From Alphaproteobacteria bacterium (GTDB lineage: Bacteria; Pseudomonadota; Alphaproteobacteria; RF32; CAG-239): a stretch of DNA of 64,000 nucleotides. The stretch's first letter is position 1; the number at the start of each line of letters is the position of its first letter. The stretch covers positions 4,413-68,412 of the forward strand of contig JAZLEQ010000047.1 of assembly GCA_045615365.1 (NCBI GenBank), read 5' to 3'. Of the stretch, positions 58,318 through 64,000 are shown piece after piece. The position numbers and the translations under genes were made by a program. Below the pieces are notes generated by a model that ran no database searches, was not told where the DNA came from, and worked only from the letters and a program-made list of their open reading frames with translations.

Positions 58318-58761
58318 CTATTCCCCCAAATATCCGTTTACTTGCGTTGTAAAAAATTCACTAAAACCGAGCGGATTATCAATCATATATTCCAACCCCT
58401 CAATTTTCTTAAACCCCATCTCATTACCGTTAGCAACATCAACCATCACGACTTCCAAAGGTTGGCTTAATTCATATTGTTGCACCATTTCGGCATTTTC
58501 ATCTTCGCCATAATTAATCAAGAAAAATTCATAATTGTTGAGGTAGTTTTGATTATAAACATTTTCAATCATCTCAATTGCTTGCGGGCAATTCGGGCAA
58601 GGTTGATTGTTAAAAAAAACATAAATAATCGATTTGTTCGGATTCTCGTTTTGTTGTTGGAATATTTCTTCTTCCAGTTCGGTTTGCAACACATTGTTTT
58701 CCTGAGCTATTGCCATGGCACAAATTGCAAAAATTCCGATAACAAAAGCAACATATTTCAT
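58318..58761 (-). CDS. Secreted thioredoxin-fold protein (CPNC motif)
   Basis: ATG at 58761 after AAGGAGG. Signal peptide MKYVAFVIGIFAICAMAIAQE. CxxC motif in IIYVFFNNQPCPNCPQAIEMI. Confidence 0.6.
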   Translation of the reverse strand: MKYVAFVIGIFAICAMAIAQENNVLQTELEEEIFQQQNENPNKSIIYVFFNNQPCPNCPQAIEMIENVYNQNYLNNYEFFLINYGEDENAEMVQQYELSQPLEVVMVDVANGNEMGFKKIEGLEYMIDNPLGFSEFFTTQVNGYLGE

Positions 58762-58874
58762 GTTGTGTCCTCCTTGAAAGTTTTTATCAGTCATAAATAT
58801 ATTTCGTTCATTTCATTTTTAAATATCCCCGTTGTATTCTCGGACTTTGTCCCCTTTCCTTCACACAATCCCTC

Positions 58875-58993
58875 AACTGTTATCGCTTGAGCGAGGAACG
58901 AGCGAAATCAGCGATCTTCGAATTTTTAAAAATACATCGAAGATGCCTTATTTCACTCAGGTATTTCATACCTTCGTTCAAGGCATGACAATT
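58875..58993 (-). mobile_element. MITE-like palindromic element, copy B (119 bp, inverted relative to copy A)
   Basis: Ends AACTGTTAT / ATGACAATT. The reverse complement aligns with copy A. It carries an extra AGGTA...TACCT hairpin and a different inner hairpin. Confidence 0.7.
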
Positions 58994-59024
58994 AAGGGAG
59001 CGCGCTTAAACTGTACTCTCTTAA

Positions 59025-59085
59025 AGCGCATGACAGTTTAATTAAAATTAAGGGGAGAAAAAAAACTCTCTTGATTTCAAGAGAG
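59025..59085. repeat. Short repeat modules, copy B (includes the plsX terminator hairpin)
   Basis: 59025-59054 is the reverse complement of 58233-58262 with 1 mismatch. 59066-59085 is the reverse complement of 58198-58217. Confidence 0.7.
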
Positions 59086-59103
59086 TTTTTTTCTTTGAGA
59101 TGA

Positions 59104-60153
59104 TTAATATACATCATATAAAACAGCTTGGAGCTCTTCAAAATCAAGCTTTTCAATTTCATCGCGAATTGTGCTGACAAAATTTTGTTTAACCAATTTT
59201 GCTGCATTGTCAACCGCACAAGAAAAAGAATAGGCATCAGCGCCACCATGGCTCTTAACCGACAATCCATTAAGCCCTACAAACATTGCCCCGTTATATT
59301 TACGAGGATCCATTGTCTTTTTAAGTCCAACTAAAGCCGGAAGCATAAACAAAACACCCAATTTGGCTAAAAGCGACTTTTTAATGGAGTCTTTAACCAT
59401 GCCGCCCAACTGCTTTGCTGTTCCTTCAATGGATTTGAGAGCAATATTTCCGGTAAAACCATCAGCTACAATAACATCAGCTTTGCCAAGGAAAATCTCG
59501 TGAGGCTCAATATAGCCGATAAAATCCATGTCAAGCTTTGAATTTTTAATCATTTGCGCAGCTTGCTTAATCTCTTCCTTGCCTTTCATCTCTTCAGCAC
59601 CGATATTAAGCAATGCAACCTTAGGCTTGGCAATTCCTAAAGAATGACGAGCTAAAATCTCGCCCATAAATGCGAATTCAGCCAAATTTATAGCATCACA
59701 TTCGGTGTTGGCACCTAAATCAAGCATTACATATTTGCCATAACGATGAGGCATTATGCTGACAATTGCAGGACGATGAATTTTGGTGATGGTTTTTAGA
59801 GTGAGCTTGGATATTGCCATGAGAGCACCTGTGTTGCCTGCCGAAACAACAGCTTGCGCCTCGCCTTTCTTAACCGCATCAATAGCCATAAACATGCTGG
59901 TGTTGCGATTGCGAATAACAGACGAAGGTTTGTCTTCGTTGTGAACCATTTCGGGAGAATGACGAACTTCGCAAATTTTGGAAAGTTCAGGAAATTCTTG
60001 CATTATCGGCTTTACTTTGGCAACATCACCAAAAACGATAAAACGAAGGTCTTTGTGTTGTTTTGCAGCCAATGCCAAACCTTCAATAACGACTCGAGGG
60101 GAGTTATCTCCCCCCATAGCATCAACAGATATAACCATATTATTTTCAGTCAA
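59104..60153 (-). CDS. plsX: Phosphate acyltransferase PlsX
   Basis: ISVDAMGGDNSP, GNTGALMA and NGLSVKSHG motifs. TTG start at 60153, 7 nt after GGAG; an alternative ATG is at 60138. Confidence 0.92.
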   Translation of the reverse strand: MTENNMVISVDAMGGDNSPRVVIEGLALAAKQHKDLRFIVFGDVAKVKPIMQEFPELSKICEVRHSPEMVHNEDKPSSVIRNRNTSMFMAIDAVKKGEAQAVVSAGNTGALMAISKLTLKTITKIHRPAIVSIMPHRYGKYVMLDLGANTECDAINLAEFAFMGEILARHSLGIAKPKVALLNIGAEEMKGKEEIKQAAQMIKNSKLDMDFIGYIEPHEIFLGKADVIVADGFTGNIALKSIEGTAKQLGGMVKDSIKKSLLAKLGVLFMLPALVGLKKTMDPRKYNGAMFVGLNGLSVKSHGGADAYSFSCAVDNAAKLVKQNFVSTIRDEIEKLDFEELQAVLYDVY

Positions 60154-60215
60154 TGATTTACTCCGTTCATTTAAAGCCTTGTAAATACAGGGCTTTTATA
60201 ATTTATAATAAATTA

Positions 60216-60401
60216 TTATTCAGCAGTTTTTTGAGAAACTACTTCACGACCGTCGTATTGTCCGCATTTCGGGCATACGTTGTGAGGTCTTTTCAATTCG
60301 CCGCAGTTAGGGCATTCCATGTAAGAGTTTGCTTTCAAAGCATCATGAGAACGACGCATATCACGACGAGATTTTGATGTTTTCTTCTTAGGTGTAGCCA
60401 T
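60216..60401 (-). CDS. rpmF: 50S ribosomal protein L32
   Basis: [19 protein letters not shown]...[18 protein letters not shown]. Confidence 0.93.
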   Translation of the reverse strand: MATPKKKTSKSRRDMRRSHDALKANSYMECPNCGELKRPHNVCPKCGQYDGREVVSQKTAE

Positions 60402-60548
60402 TTTTCTATACTCTATTAAAAGTTATTACAATTTGTTTTGAGGCAGTTTTAGCTTATTTAGTTTTAAAATGCAACTAAATAAATTATGCCTTTTGCGAAA
60501 TTCTATAGTTCTTTTAGCAAATTTTTTTGATTTTGCAAGGCTTTTTTA

Positions 60549-61067
60549 TTATTTTTTTATTTTTTTAAGAACTGCAAACGGATTATTCGCCAATGTGGTC
60601 TCTTCATCAAACTCCGATTTGAAGCTGAATACCTCGCCTTCTTTACGCGGAAAATCATCTAGAACCAGTGCTAATTGTTCCATTGCAACTGCTGCTAAGT
60701 CTATTTGATTATCAACCAAAATATCGGGAACTTCATCGTTAAATTCCAAATCCATATCATTAATATCTTGTTCAGTCAGCTTGGTGTCGTATTGCAAGCT
60801 GAAATCAGCATGATACGGATGAACAAAAGCATCTAATGATATGACAGAAATTTCTTCAACCTCTGCATCAACAAAACCAAAAACATTAACCAGATGAGCC
60901 TTTTTGTTGAGTTTAACATTCACTTCCGCCTCAAACCTCTTAATACCATTAAGTTTCAGTATCTCGGCAATTATCGGCAAAGTTACAGAATCGGCCTTGA
61001 TGATGTATTTCTTGGCAGATGCGCTCATATCCTCAAGTTTCAGGGGATAAGAAAATTTTTTTTGCAT
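60549..61067 (-). CDS. DUF177 (YceD-like) protein
   Basis: 172-aa acidic protein in the conserved position upstream of rpmF-plsX. Confidence 0.75.
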   Translation of the reverse strand: MQKKFSYPLKLEDMSASAKKYIIKADSVTLPIIAEILKLNGIKRFEAEVNVKLNKKAHLVNVFGFVDAEVEEISVISLDAFVHPYHADFSLQYDTKLTEQDINDMDLEFNDEVPDILVDNQIDLAAVAMEQLALVLDDFPRKEGEVFSFKSEFDEETTLANNPFAVLKKIKK

Positions 61068-61138
61068 AAAAGATTTCCTTGTGTTATATGTTGCTTACGG
61101 ACTTTGTTTGTATGTATATAAAACGCAAGGAATTCAAC

Positions 61139-61612
61139 ATGTCAATAAACAAATTATTTTTAACCGTTTTTTGCCTTTCGGTTTTGGCTGCTTGCTCTGC
61201 AAGCAAACAAAATGAATGGTTTGTTTCGCATAACGGGAATATGCCTACAGAAGAGAGAATCGAACAAGTTAAAGAAGGCGTATCAAAAGACGATGTTTTA
61301 CAAATTTTGGGTGCTCCGTCGGCGCAGGTTTCTTTTAATCAAAACACATGGATATATATGTCATCGGACATTAAAAGAGTTGCATTTTTCAAGCCGGAAG
61401 AAACTCAACGTGATATTTTGAAAATTAAGTTTAATGACGACGGAAAAGTAATTGAAGTGGCTCGTCTAAACAAAGAATGCGGAAAAGATGTTGCCGTGGA
61501 AAAAGACAAAACAGAAGTAAAAGGTCAACAACCCGGATTTTTCAGAAAATATTTCGGCGGAGTCGGACAGTATAATCCGTTTGCCGGTCAAAATAATGCC
61601 GCAGGTTTATAA
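61139..61612 (+). CDS. bamE: Outer membrane assembly lipoprotein BamE (SmpA/OmlA)
   Basis: ATG at 61139. Lipobox LAAC. G.SKDDVLQILGAPS...QNTWIY motif. Confidence 0.7.
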   Translation: MSINKLFLTVFCLSVLAACSASKQNEWFVSHNGNMPTEERIEQVKEGVSKDDVLQILGAPSAQVSFNQNTWIYMSSDIKRVAFFKPEETQRDILKIKFNDDGKVIEVARLNKECGKDVAVEKDKTEVKGQQPGFFRKYFGGVGQYNPFAGQNNAAGL

Positions 61613-61633
61613 AATATTAATTTGCCAAACAGT

Positions 61634-61664
61634 AAAACCGCACTTTGTCGTGCGGTTTTATTTT
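61634..61664. terminator. Bidirectional terminator between bamE and the convergent methyltransferase gene
   Basis: AAAACCGCAC / GTGCGGTTTT 10-bp stem with flanking A and T runs. Confidence 0.8.
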
Positions 61665-61665
61665 A

Positions 61666-62391
61666 TTAATTGTCACTGAGATAGTTTACTATACCATAAA
61701 GCGTGTTCAGTTCTTGCTCTGTCATTTCCGAACGAGTGAAAATATTGCGCAGGTTAATTATCAGCTTATCCTTCTTATGTTCGTCTTTATAATTGGCAAA
61801 ATTTTGCAGTTTTGCTTCTAAGTGTTTGCAAAAAAGTAAAACCTTTTCTTTTTCGGCAACTGTTGTGTGATTGGTTACAAACTCTGCCGGAGTTGTATTT
61901 ATTTGTGTTTTATAAAATTCATATCCGGTGAGCAAAACCGCCTGCGATAAGTTTAACGAACAGTGATCCGGATTTAGCGGAACATTGATGAGTGCTGTTG
62001 CCAAACATATGTCCTCATTACGCAAACCGGTGCGTTCCGGACCAAACATCAAACCGCATTTTTGCCCCAAAGCCACTTTTTTTGATAATTCTTTAGCACC
62101 TTCATCCGCATTAAAAACCTTCTTTGTTTGGTCGCGATGACGCGCTGTTGTAGCCAAAACATAATGTAAGTCTGCTATTGCTTCACTTGTTGAAGAAAAA
62201 ACTTTGGCATTACGCAAAATTTCTTCGGAATTTGATGAGGCTGAAATAGCCTTATCAGATAAATGATCTTCACGAGGGTTTACCAAACGCAACTCCCCAA
62301 ACGAGCAATTTTTCATGGCTCTGGCCGCCATACCTACATTTTCGGACAACTGCGGCTCCACCAAAATAATGCAAGGAAAATTATTGTTCAT
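61666..62391 (-). CDS. trmJ: SpoU-class RNA 2'-O-methyltransferase, TrmJ-like
   Basis: ILVEPQLSENVGMAARAMKNCSFGELRLVNP, GPERTGL and LNLSQAV motifs plus a TrmJ-type C-terminal extension. Confidence 0.65.
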   Translation of the reverse strand: MNNNFPCIILVEPQLSENVGMAARAMKNCSFGELRLVNPREDHLSDKAISASSNSEEILRNAKVFSSTSEAIADLHYVLATTARHRDQTKKVFNADEGAKELSKKVALGQKCGLMFGPERTGLRNEDICLATALINVPLNPDHCSLNLSQAVLLTGYEFYKTQINTTPAEFVTNHTTVAEKEKVLLFCKHLEAKLQNFANYKDEHKKDKLIINLRNIFTRSEMTEQELNTLYGIVNYLSDN

Positions 62392-63196
62392 AACTCAGTT
62401 GGGCTTTCTTAAAAAGATATTCTTGCACATCAGTCTTATCGGAATGGTTTATATAAACATCGTCTATTTTTTCTTGAGCCGTGTTTATGGCACGCTCGCT
62501 GTCACCGTTTGCTACCATTTCTGCACGAACTTGTTTCTTGTCAACAAATTTCAATACTTTCAAAAAATCTTTTACTTCTCCGTCCTTTTGATTTTTCACC
62601 TGATTATGTATTGCTAATTTGCTGTCATACTTTGCTTCATTAATCATTTGATTTTTGTTAATTCGTGCTCGTTCGTTAGCTAATTCCGTTATGTTTTCGT
62701 TGTGGTGAGAAGAAGGCAAATGTTTGTCTTCTTGTGTTTGTTCTTGGGTCTGATAATTTTCTCTTTCTTGTGTTTGTTCTTCCTGTTTTTCTTCCGGCTT
62801 CTGTTTTTCTTCGGGCTCCTGTTTTTCTTCAGGCTCCTGCGTTTGCTCGCTTTCTTGGTTTACAGCTTCATTGTAGAATGTTTCCGAAGTCACAAAATTA
62901 TCAGCTTTCACTAATCGCGTTGAATATGATCCTATAGGAATATCAATTAATTCTTCTTTACCTCTAATCTGTTGAAAATTTTGTTTTTCTTCGCGGATAT
63001 CATTTTGTTTCACGCCGGTATCAGAAAGCGAATGCGTGTTTTCTGAAGATGGCTTTATCATTTCTTCAATCATTTGGCTTCCTGCGTCAGGCGAAGGCAT
63101 TTTCAACTGTGTTTCATTATCTGATTGAAACATTTGCGCTTTTACACCACCTGAAAACAACACAAGAACAGAACTTGCAACAAGAACAAATTTCAT
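62381..63196 (-). CDS. Secreted acidic repeat protein, unknown function
   Basis: Signal peptide MKFVLVASSVLVLFSGGVKAQ. EPEEKQ repeats are encoded by three 18-bp units at about 62783-62836. Confidence 0.6.
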   Translation of the reverse strand: MKFVLVASSVLVLFSGGVKAQMFQSDNETQLKMPSPDAGSQMIEEMIKPSSENTHSLSDTGVKQNDIREEKQNFQQIRGKEELIDIPIGSYSTRLVKADNFVTSETFYNEAVNQESEQTQEPEEKQEPEEKQKPEEKQEEQTQERENYQTQEQTQEDKHLPSSHHNENITELANERARINKNQMINEAKYDSKLAIHNQVKNQKDGEVKDFLKVLKFVDKKQVRAEMVANGDSERAINTAQEKIDDVYINHSDKTDVQEYLFKKAQLSYEQ

Positions 63197-63205
63197 TCCA
63201 ACCTC

Positions 63206-63898
63206 CTAATTTCCGCCACTGATTAATCCTATACTGTTAAACAATAAATTTTCAACATCCAGTCCGGAACCATGTTCAAAAACATCCAACATTCCCGAAA
63301 ACATTGTATCAAGAGGATTATTTTGACGCCCTATTCCGCTATATGCCTCGCTTAATTCTTTAGAATAGTCTTGTAAAAAGTTTTCAAACTTATTGTCGTA
63401 GCTTTCCGGAATTTTATAACCCATATTGCGCAGGTGTTGAATCATTATCTTTATATTGCCGGCGTTTACTTCAGGAGCTATCATTTCCTGCCCGTATGCA
63501 GTCCCGTAAGTTGTAGCTTCGCCGCTATAATTTAATTTCCCGTAATTACCGGAACCAATCCACGATTGGCTTTTGCCTACTGCGGCTGATTTTTGGGATG
63601 CAGCTTTTTTTACAACTTCGGAAGTTTCTGCCTTCGCCGGCGTTGCAACATTGCCTGTTTGGACTACAGCTTTAGACTTACCTGCAGAATCGATGGCCGG
63701 TTTATAAACCGGAGCTTCTTTTTCGGCATTTACCGGAGCATATTTAACAATTTTTGCCTTTGAAACCGGAACTTCTCTTTTGACATGAGCAACAGATTGA
63801 GCACTTTTATCCCAAGGGTTTGCCGGTAACTGCGCCTGAACAGAGGTTGTAAAAAATATTGTTCCAATCAATATACTGATATAATTAAGTGTTTTCAT
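63206..63898 (-). CDS. Secreted protein, unknown function
   Basis: ATG at 63898 after GGTGGAGA. Signal peptide MKTLNYISILIGTIFFTTSVQAQ. Confidence 0.6.
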   Translation of the reverse strand: MKTLNYISILIGTIFFTTSVQAQLPANPWDKSAQSVAHVKREVPVSKAKIVKYAPVNAEKEAPVYKPAIDSAGKSKAVVQTGNVATPAKAETSEVVKKAASQKSAAVGKSQSWIGSGNYGKLNYSGEATTYGTAYGQEMIAPEVNAGNIKIMIQHLRNMGYKIPESYDNKFENFLQDYSKELSEAYSGIGRQNNPLDTMFSGMLDVFEHGSGLDVENLLFNSIGLISGGN

Positions 63899-64000
63899 TC
63901 TAGGAATCTCCACCAAATTACCTGATATTTACATAATAACACAAATTATACGCAGATTGTATTACAAATTTGTTATATTTTACTTAATTTTTGATTTTTT

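Noticed and set aside
57739-59041. Track ORFs 57739-58074 (-) and 58832-59041 (+), which share the peptide FVQGMTIKGARLN.
   Set aside because: The shared peptide comes from translating the two inverted copies of the MITE-like repeat. The ORFs have no RBS, span hairpins and terminators, and are not genes.

Overview
This is an AT-rich chromosomal segment, roughly mid to upper 30s % GC by eye (not computed). It looks alphaproteobacterial. The evidence is the secB / Tim44-like / mltA / smr synteny, a DUF1013 protein, DUF4164-like / zapA / candidate 6S RNA, yceD-rpmF-plsX, and a Caulobacter-type flagellar control set: FlbT, FlbD, a perfect sigma-54 promoter, and the gene order fliF-fliG-fliH(flbE)-fliN-flbD.

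I support about 70 protein genes. Most are housekeeping: ileS, secB, mltA, dtd, tgt, phoB-like, rpe, tatD, tcdA, accBC, efp, suhB-like, rpmE, argS, plsX, rpmF, bamE, trmJ-like. About 23 kb (23.5-47.8 kb) is flagellar:
- flbT;
- four tandem flagellin paralogs;
- a sigma-54-driven fliK-flgD-flgE operon;
- a tightly packed fliF-fliG-fliH-fliN-flbD-flhA-flhG operon that continues into two unassigned genes.

I found no rRNA, tRNA, CRISPR array, transposase, integrase, or recognisable defence or toxin-antitoxin module. I cannot point to a clear-cut novel system. The candidates most worth a second look are:
1. the two unassigned genes at the end of the flagellar operon: a FliK-C-terminal-like 490-aa protein and a J-domain/TM/SH3 protein;
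2. a HAD-like / small membrane protein / orphan PilT-like ATPase operon;
3. a monocistronic 1075-aa orphan membrane protein;
4. mosaic gene-conversion tracts among the flagellin paralogs;
5. a helically phased A/T-tract region upstream of the sigma-54 hook promoter;
6. MITE-like palindromic elements bracketing a thioredoxin-fold gene downstream of plsX;
7. a candidate 6S RNA downstream of zapA.

All protein-family calls come from motif recognition by eye on the supplied translations. No searches were run.
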